64,000 bases of DNA from a bacterium (lineage in GTDB: Bacteria > SAR324 > XYD2-FULL-50-16 > G965216635), in contig OZ244188.1 of assembly GCA_965216635.1 (NCBI GenBank), positions 1,824,001 through 1,888,000 on the forward strand, given 5' to 3'. Positions within the stretch are counted from its first letter, which is position 1, and the number at the start of each line of letters is the position of its first letter. Shown here piece after piece: positions 41,143 to 50,490 of this stretch. The notes under the pieces were generated by a model that was not told the DNA's origin, made no database searches, and worked only from the letters and a program-made list of their open reading frames with translations. A program made the position numbers and the translations under genes.

Positions 41143-41976
41143 ATGCTGCAAGATTTGGCAATTTTTGAAAAATTTAAGGTAAGAAGACAATTTGATGAGA
41201 AACAACAAAAATGGTTGTTTTCCATTATTGATATAGTAGCTGTTCTTACCAATCAACCAGATTATGCAAAAGCAAAAAGTTATTGGACTACACTTAAATC
41301 TAGATTAAAAAAAGATGAAAGTGAAGTGGTCATAAATTGTGACCAGTTGAAAATGAAAGCGAAAGATGGAAAAATGAGGCAGACAGATGTCGCTAATCTA
41401 GAGGTAATATTTCGCCTTATTCAATCAATTCCAAGTAAGAAAGCTGAACCAATCAAACTATGGTTAGCTAAAGTAGGAAATGAGAGAGTGCAAGAGATTG
41501 CAGATCCAGAACAATCCATTAACAGAGCAAGAAACAACTGGCAAAAATACGGCAGAAGCCTCAAATGGATTCAACAAAGAATGATGGGGCAAGAAACACG
41601 GAATAAGTTAACTGATTATTGGAAAAAAAGCGGAGTAAAAGAAGGTAAGGAATATGCAATTTTAACAAATATTATTCACGAGGAATGGGCAGATTTAAAT
41701 ATTTCACAACACAAAAAACTTAAAGGATTAAAAAGAGAAAATCTCCGAGATCATACGAGCGAAGCATAGTTGATTTTTACAGCATTGGCTGAACTTTCAA
41801 CTAGACAAATTGCAGAAAACACCAAAACAAAAGGTTTAAAAGAAAATAAAATTCCTGCTAAAAAAGGCGGCAAAATTGCAAAAGATGCAAGAAAAGCTTT
41901 AGAAGAGAAAACAGGCAAGAAAGTGTTAGACCATAATAATTATTTAAATCAAAAACCTAGTATAAAAATGGGGTGA
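41143..41976 (+). pseudogene. Bro-N/phage antirepressor-like gene with an in-frame TAG
   Basis: WLFSIIDIV, QLKM.AKDGKMRQTD, IPSKKAEPIKLWLA; ...RDHTSEA*LIFTALAELST continues in the same frame (stop at 41767-41769). Confidence 0.85.
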
Positions 41977-42051
41977 TTTTTTATCTAGTAGCTTATGAAT
42001 TTCATCTGCTTTTTTTTTGAACTTACAAATATATTAGACATTTTTTTATTC
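41972..42051 (-). pseudogene. Third, 5'-only fragment of the lipase gene
   Basis: MSNIFVSSKKKADEIHKLLDKKSP; matches 12310-12386 and 40976-41054. Confidence 0.8.
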
Positions 42052-43053
42052 TATATCCTCTTTAATTCCAATAACACTTTTTGCTATTTTACTCAAGAGT
42101 TCATTTAGTTCTTCGGCAAAAATAAATTTTACTTCTCTATCAGACCTGTTTTTATCACCTTCTAAAAGTTTTTCATTATCTTTTCTTTTTGCTTTGGTTA
42201 CAATCACGATTTTGTCTATCAATTTTGTATTATCTTCAACATCCCAATATTTTGCTTTATTGATTTGTTCAAGAACACTTTTATCAATAACACAATCATG
42301 ATCTTTGACTTGGATAGCAATCGCGTATTGATATTCTGCAATAATACTAGGTATTCTTATTAAAATATCCGTCCCGTGTTTTTTTTCAGATTTTCCTCCC
42401 ACTCTTTCTACTTCATAGGTAGGAAATAATTTTTTTAGTCCTTCTACTAAAAGATATTCCCATTCTGACGCGTGAAATTTTTCATTCAATCTTTCACGAA
42501 GACCTTCTTTAAATTTCTCTTCATCAAAAGATTTATTAAAACTTTCTGTAATAGATGAAATTAATTTACTGTAATGGCCTTCATGAATTAATAATTCACC
42601 ATCAGATTTTTTTAGTAGTTCCTCAATACACTCTTTATTTTGGTTAATATTCCAAAACCTCATCGCACATCTGAGAGTAGAGCGAATATTTCCATTAGAA
42701 TATTTACAGTGTCTTACAAATGATTTAATCAATTTTGCAGGGAAAATATGTCCAAAATCACGTTTAGTTTCATCTATTTCAAACCTATAGCCTTCATCAA
42801 AATCTGCTGTAGCTTCCACAATAGCTACCTCTTCCCATTTAGGCAGGCGAGGAACGAGCAAAATATCTCCTTTTTTTACTCTATCAAAAATAGGTCTATT
42901 CCTATTTGCCCCTAGATTTACTGTTTGATTTCTTAAATCTTGACCCTTATCCAACCCCCAACCTTGTCTCAGACGCCCTTCGTTTAGTTCTTTTCTAAAG
43001 TAATCAATTTCGTTTTTATTGATTCTATAGCCCCAGTAATTTCTTTCACCCAT
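42046..43053 (-). CDS. Mrr-like PD-(D/E)xK restriction endonuclease with an N-terminal domain
   Basis: C-terminal E..L...L, GTDILI and AIQVK; N-terminal RQGWG...KKGDILLVP. Confidence 0.75.
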   Translation of the reverse strand: MGERNYWGYRINKNEIDYFRKELNEGRLRQGWGLDKGQDLRNQTVNLGANRNRPIFDRVKKGDILLVPRLPKWEEVAIVEATADFDEGYRFEIDETKRDFGHIFPAKLIKSFVRHCKYSNGNIRSTLRCAMRFWNINQNKECIEELLKKSDGELLIHEGHYSKLISSITESFNKSFDEEKFKEGLRERLNEKFHASEWEYLLVEGLKKLFPTYEVERVGGKSEKKHGTDILIRIPSIIAEYQYAIAIQVKDHDCVIDKSVLEQINKAKYWDVEDNTKLIDKIVIVTKAKRKDNEKLLEGDKNRSDREVKFIFAEELNELLSKIAKSVIGIKEDIE

Positions 43054-43074
43054 AATTTTATTAGACTTTTGATT

Positions 43075-43308
43075 TTAATGGTTTTTTTGTCTGGAAATAA
43101 TTTTTCGTCTTTTTTTTTCAAAAATAGTCCCTTTGGTTATCGTAAATTGCTTGCGACAATCCTTGCATCTGTAAAGTCCCTTACTAGTCTTTGAATGCCA
43201 GATACGATCTTTATTATCTTGCTTACAAAAAGGACAAGTAGGTTTATTATTCCAAATCATTTTTTCTAAAAACTCCCTATCTGATTTTTCAGTAGGGAAG
43301 TTATTCAT
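43075..43308 (-). pseudogene. IS1595-family transposase zinc-ribbon fragment
   Basis: W...PTCPFC...YRCKDCRKQFTITKGTIFE; no DDE domain. Confidence 0.8.
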
Positions 43309-43375
43309 AAAATCAAAAACACTTATTGTGTTGTTATATTTACTTATTTTAATCTTTAGGTTAATTTATACTATA

Positions 43376-43405
43376 ATTATAACCATAAAAAATATATTTT
43401 GTCAA
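43376..43405 (-). promoter_or_regulatory. Sigma70 promoter (leftward)
   Basis: TTGACA-18 bp-TATAAT. Confidence 0.65.
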
Positions 43406-43539
43406 GTAAAAAGTTTAGTTTTTTTACAAAACTCAACATTTTTTAGCAATATTTAAAAGAATTATCACTTAATAAACCTTGTTTTTTTAAAGGCAAATAC
43501 GATTTTTAGATAAATTTTGAAAAAAAGTTGTTTTTTTAC

Positions 43540-43568
43540 TTGACAGATTGATTTTTTTGTGTTATACT
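43540..43568 (+). promoter_or_regulatory. Sigma70 promoter (rightward) for the 124-aa gene and structured RNA
   Basis: TTGACA-17 bp-TATACT with an extended -10 TG. Confidence 0.75.
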
Positions 43569-43597
43569 ATTACTTATAGTAACTACTATTTAGAAAA

Positions 43598-43972
43598 ATG
43601 TTTGAATATTTTGAAAATGTAGGTGTTAGAGTTACAGAGAGTAGGGTGTCCTTGAATAAATATTGTATTTTTTCGTTTAATAAAGGTGCAGTTAAGAGTT
43701 TAAACCTTGAAAAGTATAAATTTGTTCGTTTATTATTTGATAAAAAAGTATTGAGGATTGGTTTTGAATTTACAAATGACAACTCCAAACCACACTATAA
43801 TATTAGAAAGACTAAACTTTCTGGGTTTTATGTTTCGGCAAGATCTTTCTTTAAGAACTATGGAATAAATCCAACATCCACAGTAAGCCATAAATTAGAT
43901 AAATTCCGTCTATCAAATGGAACTAGCATAGTATTTATGGAATTGAGGAATGAACCTAAAACTAAAACTTAA
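43598..43972 (+). CDS. Hypothetical basic, beta-rich protein (possible nucleic-acid binding)
   Basis: 124 aa behind a consensus promoter; ..FNKGAV..L....FVRLLFD....RIGFEF. Confidence 0.8.
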   Translation: MFEYFENVGVRVTESRVSLNKYCIFSFNKGAVKSLNLEKYKFVRLLFDKKVLRIGFEFTNDNSKPHYNIRKTKLSGFYVSARSFFKNYGINPTSTVSHKLDKFRLSNGTSIVFMELRNEPKTKT

Positions 43973-44370
43973 ATATTATATTTAGTTTCTGGATTAGGTT
44001 AAAAGGGATGGGAGGGAAGTATTAACTCCCCTCCACTTTTCTACTCGTAAAACGAGTAACCGAACGCATAGCAACCAGCTATGTTAATAGAAGACAAGTA
44101 ACCAAAAAAACTCAAGCCAGAGTATAATAATGATTGCTTGTCTATTTTTATGCTCGTAAAATGAGTAGATGGAGCGAGAAAAGGTAAGTAGTCTTTTAAA
44201 GAGATTGAACTTTTTAGAGAAGTATTCAATCCGCCTAACAAAAGATACTCTGTATGAACCACATACAAGGTATCAAAAAGGAATATAAAGAGTTTATACA
44301 CAACCATGTATAAATAATCTGATATTTCTTTTTTGGGCGGTATCTAATAAAAATAGGTATCGCCTTTTTT
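43953..44370 (+). ncRNA. Candidate large structured RNA with repeated A(A/G)CCA-loop hairpins
   Basis: About 11 consecutive hand-folded stems, with G-U pairs mostly compatible with the + strand; ends in an intrinsic terminator. Confidence 0.7.
44336..44370 (+). terminator. Rho-independent terminator
   Basis: ggcggtatcta-ataaaaa-taggtatcgcc followed by a T-run. Confidence 0.8.
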
Positions 44371-44743
44371 CTTTTTTTTGACCACTTCATATAAAAGCTA
44401 TCACATTTTTACAACTTTACCAAGCTTTTTTTTAGTTTCTCGGCTTATTTTCAATAACTTACCGAAAAATTTAATACCTACAATGTCAAGAAACAAACTT
44501 TGTAATCTATTTCACTAGACTACCTTTTCTAGAAAAGCAAGTATTAGAGGAGATAACTTGTCATTCTTCTTTATGTAAGTCTTGCTATATTTTAAAATTC
44601 TTCTATTATATTTATAATGGTTTTTTAAGCGTATAATTCCCAAATTTTTTTTGCTTTGAAATCACTAGCAAGCAAAAAATTTAGAGTATAAAATTTAAAT
44701 CAATTCCCATAACAAAATAGCTACAATACCGTATTTATACATT

Positions 44744-46222
44744 TTAAATTTTTTGCTTTTTTCCATATGGATTTAATAGATTTCTTAAGTTTCGCTTTCC
44801 AATTATTTTAGCTTTTTCAATTATCATTAGTGGTCTCATATTTACTCCTTTAAATTCACCCTCCCAAAAAGAAGATGTACGTTTAAAATACTTAAAATTT
44901 TCTCCATAATGTCTTTGCCAAAAACCATATTTTATAGCTCCAATTTTTGATTTCGGGGCAAGATTATTATTTTGGATTAATTGTATCAAATCTAAATGAG
45001 TTTCTGGTTTATAAACAACATCTAAAAAATTATACCAATTATTAGGATCAGCACTGATTGATATTTTATTCCAAAAAGTAGTTTCTATTCCCATAGTAGA
45101 ACCAAATGTAATAATTTTTTCGCAATTTAGTAATAATGCATAACTATCTATATTTTCTTCTGACCATATTATAGAACAATTTTTAAACTTATTTAATACC
45201 TCATCCTTAAAAAACCTTAATTGACTGTTACTAGGATTTCCTCGCATTGCTATTCTTGGATGAATTCGGAGATAAAAATATATTTCTTTATTATTTTTAA
45301 GTGTTTTTAATATAGATTTTATACCATCTAACTCATTATTATATACTTTTTTTCTATTGTGTTCTGGTATAGCGGCTTTTTCATCAAGAGAGGAATTAAA
45401 AATGACTATGTTTTTTTTATTAAAATCAAAATTTTTGGGCAATGTGCCTTCAATTTGATCTTTATTAAAAATAAATAGACCTTGATGTTCTTTAAATCTC
45501 AAATCGTAAAAAAATTTACTCCCAGATGATACTTTATATTCATCATCTTTACAATTATCCCAAGTTTCTAATATTGCGTTATCTGTATAGTTTAAATCAA
45601 AAAATGTAGAGTTTTTTACTTTAGAATATTTTCGGCGGTTCCAAAGAATATCAGTCGCGTAAAAATTTACAGACAACTTCTTTGCTGCTGCTTTTGCTGC
45701 ACCTGAATGAAAAAACCTCCCATTATGAAAATAAAGCACATCTATATTATTTCTTTGAAGAATATTAGTGGTTTTCTCATAAATAAAATAAGCTGTTTTA
45801 AGTGTATTGTATATTTGCTTTTGGTATTTTTTTGTGTCTAATTGAACTTCATTATGTTGAGTAATTAAAGTAGATGCAACATTAATGCCTATGGGAAAAC
45901 TATCAATATAAAAGTTCTTTAATTCATCTATACTGGTAAAATATTTTGGTAAAATATCATAATCAATATCAGTGTCATTAAGTTCTACAATATGAATTTT
46001 TTTCTTATTAAAAAAACGCATAAGATGTTTAAAATGTTTATTACACCTACTACATATTTTTTTATCAAGATTTATATTCAACTCACAAAATTTAAAATAA
46101 TCACCAAAACAAGTGATTAAAAAAATTTCATCATTTTGTTGCAAATGCTGTTCTATAATTTCCATTTGAGGTCCTGCAGCATGGGGAGCTAAACTATGAT
46201 AAAATTGTATTGCTATTTTCAT
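44744..46222 (-). CDS. Capsule polysaccharide biosynthesis protein (KpsS/Capsule_synth-like)
   Basis: HNGRF, YLRIHP, IDSYALL, ITFGSTMGIE motifs; next to pseF. Confidence 0.7.
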   Translation of the reverse strand: MKIAIQFYHSLAPHAAGPQMEIIEQHLQQNDEIFLITCFGDYFKFCELNINLDKKICSRCNKHFKHLMRFFNKKKIHIVELNDTDIDYDILPKYFTSIDELKNFYIDSFPIGINVASTLITQHNEVQLDTKKYQKQIYNTLKTAYFIYEKTTNILQRNNIDVLYFHNGRFFHSGAAKAAAKKLSVNFYATDILWNRRKYSKVKNSTFFDLNYTDNAILETWDNCKDDEYKVSSGSKFFYDLRFKEHQGLFIFNKDQIEGTLPKNFDFNKKNIVIFNSSLDEKAAIPEHNRKKVYNNELDGIKSILKTLKNNKEIYFYLRIHPRIAMRGNPSNSQLRFFKDEVLNKFKNCSIIWSEENIDSYALLLNCEKIITFGSTMGIETTFWNKISISADPNNWYNFLDVVYKPETHLDLIQLIQNNNLAPKSKIGAIKYGFWQRHYGENFKYFKRTSSFWEGEFKGVNMRPLMIIEKAKIIGKRNLRNLLNPYGKKQKI

Positions 46223-46237
46223 AATTAATGTAAGTTA

Positions 46238-46647
46238 TAGACCTTTGAATTTCGCTGATGTGACGGCTAGCCAAATGGTTGGAGCAGGTGCGAAAAAAAT
46301 TTTTAGCTCGCAGGAATACTCAAGTATTTCAAGAGTTAAAAATTTTTTTTAATGGCGTAGCAAAAAACACTACAAAACTTAAAGCTAATACAATAGACCT
46401 TTGAATTTCGCTGATGTGACGGCTAGCCAAATGGTTGGAGCAGGTGCGAAAAAAATTTTTAGCTCGCAGGAATGTGTAAGTATTTCAAGAGTTAAAAATT
46501 TTTTTTAATGGCGCAGCAAAAAACACTACAAAACTTAAAGCTAATACAATATAGACTGCAAAAGAGCCAGTCATTCTTTTGCTAAAGCCTGTATTGGAGT
46601 GAAAGCAATAAGCTAGTTTTGTCCTATTTGGCAAATTCAAAAGTATA
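46238..46647. mobile_element. Palindromic MITE-like element with a 156-bp tandem duplication of its left part
   Basis: tagacctttgaatttcgc at 46238 and 46394; right end gcaaattcaaaagtata; central ggaatactcaagtatttc hairpin. Confidence 0.8.
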
Positions 46648-46728
46648 AGTTATATTATCTGTTAGAATAAAATTTAGTAAAATTCAGATGGTTAAAAATT
46701 TTTCTTTAATAATCTACATACTAAACTA

Positions 46729-47418
46729 CTAGATTTGATTCAATACCTTATATTTTATTTCAGCAATTCTCCAATCTTCTTCATTATCAATATCTTGCGA
46801 TTCAATTTCTGGAATTATAATTGGGAAAGTATTTTCTAAAAGTAATGTTTTATTTTTAAGAAAACTTGATGTTTTTATAAGATAAAATTGTCCAGAATCG
46901 TGATAAAATGGTTCTAAATCCTGTGAACGTTTTGTATAATTTTCTTGCCAGTTCATTACTATTTTATCATTTTTTATTTTTAAAGAACGTTGCACTGGAG
47001 AACTATACTTTATAATAGGAAAAACACAATCGCAATTATTATTTTTTATAATATTCATTGCAGAACTTAATTTTTCAGCTGTCACAAAGGGTGCTGTTGG
47101 GTAGATGCAACATAAATAATCATAACTCTGTCCTAGTTGTTGATATTGATTAATTACTTCTAATAAGACATCAGAAGTAGTTGAGTAATCATCAGAATTT
47201 TTTTTAGATCTTATAAAAGGAACTTTAGCTCCATATTTTTTAGAAATTTCTACAATTTCTTCATCATCTGTAGAAACCATAACTTCATCAAAACAACCAC
47301 TTGAAAGAGCAGCATCAATGGAATATTTGATAATCGGTTGTCCGCAAAAATCTCTGATGTTTTTTCTGGGAATTCGTTTGCTTCCTCCTCTTGCTGTTAT
47401 TATTGCAATAGCTGACAT
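46729..47418 (-). CDS. pseF: Pseudaminic acid/acylneuraminate cytidylyltransferase
   Basis: MSAIAIITARGGSKRIPRKNI, VSTDD, YPTAPF, RSQDLE..YHDSGQFY, DIDNEEDW; true start at 47418. Confidence 0.88.
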   Translation of the reverse strand: MSAIAIITARGGSKRIPRKNIRDFCGQPIIKYSIDAALSSGCFDEVMVSTDDEEIVEISKKYGAKVPFIRSKKNSDDYSTTSDVLLEVINQYQQLGQSYDYLCCIYPTAPFVTAEKLSSAMNIIKNNNCDCVFPIIKYSSPVQRSLKIKNDKIVMNWQENYTKRSQDLEPFYHDSGQFYLIKTSSFLKNKTLLLENTFPIIIPEIESQDIDNEEDWRIAEIKYKVLNQI

Positions 47419-47436
47419 TAGCTTTTTTCTATTATA

Positions 47437-47626
47437 TAGACCTTTGAATTTCGCTGATGTGTCGAAAAATATCGTCCTGCAAAACACTCTAAAATTTGCA
47501 TCTAGCAAAAGCGAAATGCCTATAGATTGGAATAAGAGAGCCAGCGGCATTTTTACTATAGCCCTTATTTTGCGTTAAAGCAATAAGCCTGTTTTGCCAA
47601 ACTAAAACACCTAATTCAAAAATATC
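47437..47626. mobile_element. Diverged member of the MITE-like family
   Basis: Starts tagacctttgaatttcgctgatgtg; shares agagccag and aaagcaataagc; ends aattcaaaaata. Confidence 0.7.
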
Positions 47627-47639
47627 TTTTTATTTTAAC

Positions 47640-47965
47640 TCTCCCTTGCTACTAGAACTTTTAAAAAAAACAGCAAAAACAACTGAGTCAATATGAACTA
47701 CTACGACAACTCTACGCTCACCAAAAACGTCTTTCCAATGATAGAATGGGCTATGCAATAATAGCAAAAAAAGCCTCAACCTAACTACCATTTTTTGTTT
47801 AGAGCAAGGAAAAAACTACCAATATTTGGAAAAAATCAATAAGGAAAAAAGTATTTTCAAAAAATCATTCCTTTACCCCATCCTTGCTATGTGATGTAAT
47901 ACAAATCAAAATTTTTAGAAGACTATATTCAAGAATTTTTAAACAAATTGCAGCACTCATCTTAA
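47640..47965 (+). pseudogene. Degraded SMUG2-like uracil-DNA glycosylase 3' half
   Basis: Fragments across stops and frameshifts: VNMNYYD, CLEQGKNYQYLEKIN, KIIPLPHPCYVM*YKSKFLEDYIQEFL. Confidence 0.55.
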
Positions 47966-48034
47966 TAGCTTTTAAAAAACTCCCTTTTACTTTACTATAA
48001 ACAAACTGTTAAACTTATAAAAAAAAAACTCCTA

Positions 48035-49426
48035 ATGCTGACTAAAAAATACATCTCTGAAATTAAATCTCAGGGAAATGGAGCTATGCAGACTCTTGTG
48101 AAATCCAATAATGATGATAAAAGCATTTTATTTATTCTTGAAAATTTAGGCTATTTACCTGATAATTTTGACGATAGCTGGGTTCAAAAATTACTTCTAA
48201 GTGATAATAATAAAATTTGTTTAAGCGCAATTAAAAATATTGGAAAAGTTAAAAACAATTCTAATCTTGTTGCTCTATTCAAAATTGCTAAAAGCAATAA
48301 AGCAACAAATATAAGGCGAGAAGCTGTGTCTTCTATTGGCAGAATGAGGAATAAAAAAACTGTTGATTGCTTGATTGAATTACTCAAGGACAAAGATCCA
48401 AAAATTATAAGTCAAGCAATAAGAGGTTTGCTTGTTTTTAAGGGTGATGAAAAAATAGACGATAGCTTAAAAAAGCTTGTCAACAATGAAAATGAAATGA
48501 TTCAAGCAGTTATAAAAAAAGAATATTTTCAAAATCCAACACAAAATCAACCGCAAACTACACAACAACATTCAGAATCTTATGAATATCTAAAAAACAC
48601 TGTTGTGCTTGGAGATGTTAGAGATATTTTAAAAAAAATACCTGATGAGAGTTTTCATCTTACTTTTACCTCACCCCCTTATTATAATGCTAGAGACTAC
48701 TCTATCTATCCGAGCTATAAAGCCTATTTAAAATTTTTAGAAGAAGTGTTTAAGCAAGTCTATAATAAAACCAAAGAAGGAAGATTTTTAATTGTCAACA
48801 CATCGCCTGTAATTGTTCCTAGGATTAGTAGGCAACATTCATCAAAAAGATACCCCATTCCATTTGATATTCACAATTTTTTAACGAAATTGGGCTGGGA
48901 ATTTATTGACGATATAATCTGGTTAAAACCAGAAGCAACTGCCAAAAATAGAAATGCTGGATTTTTACAGCACAGAAACCCTTTAGCCTATAAACCCAAT
49001 GCAAGAACAGAATACTTAATGGTTTATAGAAAGCAAACGGATAAATTGATTGATTGGAACATCAAGCAATACAGTCAAAATACAGTAAAAAACAGTAAGG
49101 TTCAAGATGGCTATGAAACTTCTAATATTTGGAAAATTGATCCGAAATTTGACAAGGTACATTCTGCCGTTTTTCCAATAGAGCTATGTAAACGAGTTAT
49201 TGAATATTATTCCTTTAAAGGAGATTTGGTATTTGATCCTTTTGGAGGTAGCGGCACTTTTGGGAGAACAGCAAAGCATTTGCAGAGATATTTTTTTTTA
49301 ACAGAAAACAATTCAGAATATTTTGAATATATGAAATCTTTTTTACAGAAAAAAAATTTAAGTTTATTGAAAGAAAGAGAAAGTAAATTTTTAGAATTTA
49401 CTGAATTTAGCAAACTAATAAAATGA
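48035..49426 (+). CDS. Beta-class (likely N4-cytosine) DNA methyltransferase with N-terminal HEAT repeats
   Basis: TSPPYY, HSAVFP, DPFGGSGT; N-terminal IRREAVSSIGRM..LIELLKDKD..IISQAIRGL. Confidence 0.88.
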   Translation: MLTKKYISEIKSQGNGAMQTLVKSNNDDKSILFILENLGYLPDNFDDSWVQKLLLSDNNKICLSAIKNIGKVKNNSNLVALFKIAKSNKATNIRREAVSSIGRMRNKKTVDCLIELLKDKDPKIISQAIRGLLVFKGDEKIDDSLKKLVNNENEMIQAVIKKEYFQNPTQNQPQTTQQHSESYEYLKNTVVLGDVRDILKKIPDESFHLTFTSPPYYNARDYSIYPSYKAYLKFLEEVFKQVYNKTKEGRFLIVNTSPVIVPRISRQHSSKRYPIPFDIHNFLTKLGWEFIDDIIWLKPEATAKNRNAGFLQHRNPLAYKPNARTEYLMVYRKQTDKLIDWNIKQYSQNTVKNSKVQDGYETSNIWKIDPKFDKVHSAVFPIELCKRVIEYYSFKGDLVFDPFGGSGTFGRTAKHLQRYFFLTENNSEYFEYMKSFLQKKNLSLLKERESKFLEFTEFSKLIK

Positions 49427-50336
49427 CACTTACCGAACAAGTAGCAAAAAAGATTATCAAAAAACTTTTAAAAGGTGAAGATTGCCGAATTGAAATTATA
49501 ACTCTCATTAATGCAGAATTTCTTCAATTTGCTATTAATTTTTTCAAAAAAATTGTTACCGCAAAATTAAATAATAAAGAAGTGACAACGGATTGGTATA
49601 AATCAGTTTTTTTGGATTCTACACTCAACAAAGAAGATATTGCTATAAATTCAGGTCTCAATGTGAAAACTATTGGCAATATGTTTAATTCTACAAAAAA
49701 AGAAATTGTTATAGATGCTGCTAATGAACATTACAATTCACTATACACAGCAATTCAATCATTAGTAGATAGTACAGAAGAGCTAGATTTGACCTTAACA
49801 ATTAAATTGAAAGGAGTAAGCGTTGATTTGAATGTTAGTGAGAGCCTTGTTGTTATCAACACTTTGGCGGTAAAAAGGGCTGCAATAAGAGGTGGATTAT
49901 GGAGCACTGCTGGTAAAAGAGTAGAAAAACCTTTAATGCAGACAATGTGTAAATTGTATAGAGTCCCTGAGAATAATTTTAAAATGGAAATAAAAAACAC
50001 AGACGCAAAACAAACATTTCAAAGAGAAATAGATTTTTATCTTATAAAGAAAAACCAAAAATATAAGCGCGAAGTCAAACTTATGGGAAAAGGCTTCCTG
50101 AGGCTGCTGATGTTGTGATTGCAAGAGATAGTAGTATTTTTGTTGCTGATAAATTATCTAATACAAACAAAGCTCAATTAGATAGTCTCAATATAAAATG
50201 GGTTGAACTCAGAGATAAAATTGGGTTTAGAAAATTCCAAGATATACTCAAAAATCTAAAAATACCTTACCAAGAATTGAACAAAAATAATTGGAATAAA
50301 AAAATTGATGAAATTTTAGAAAAGATATTTAGTTAA
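49423..50336 (+). pseudogene. CfrBI-family restriction endonuclease, frameshifted at ~50095
   Basis: RGGLWSTAGKRVEKPLM, REIDFYL, EVKLMGKG, then the frame shifts to PEAADVVIARDSSIFVADKLS (ORF 50115-50336). Confidence 0.82.
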
Positions 50337-50490
50337 TAATATTTATGCTAATTTAAAATCACTTTCCTAGTTTAGAAATAATTTCTAAAAAAATTACAAA
50401 ATAAAAATAAAAATAATAATTTGCTTGTATGAATTTTTTTTACTTTACTATAAACAAACTGTTAAACTTATAAAAAAAAAACAAGACCTA

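Noticed and set aside
41143..41976. Stop-codon reassignment or read-through explaining in-frame stops
   Set aside because: TAG, TAA and TGA all end intact genes here; a single GAG-to-TAG change explains this lesion.
41143..43972. Prophage
   Set aside because: Only a Bro-N pseudogene is present; no structural, packaging or integrase genes.
44041..44307. Minus-strand 88-aa ORF
   Set aside because: No recognisable protein features; antisense to the structured region, whose G-U pattern and terminator favour a plus-strand RNA.
47419..47550. N-terminal extension of PseF in the ORF track
   Set aside because: It lies mostly in the MITE-like element; family similarity begins at MSAIAII (47418).
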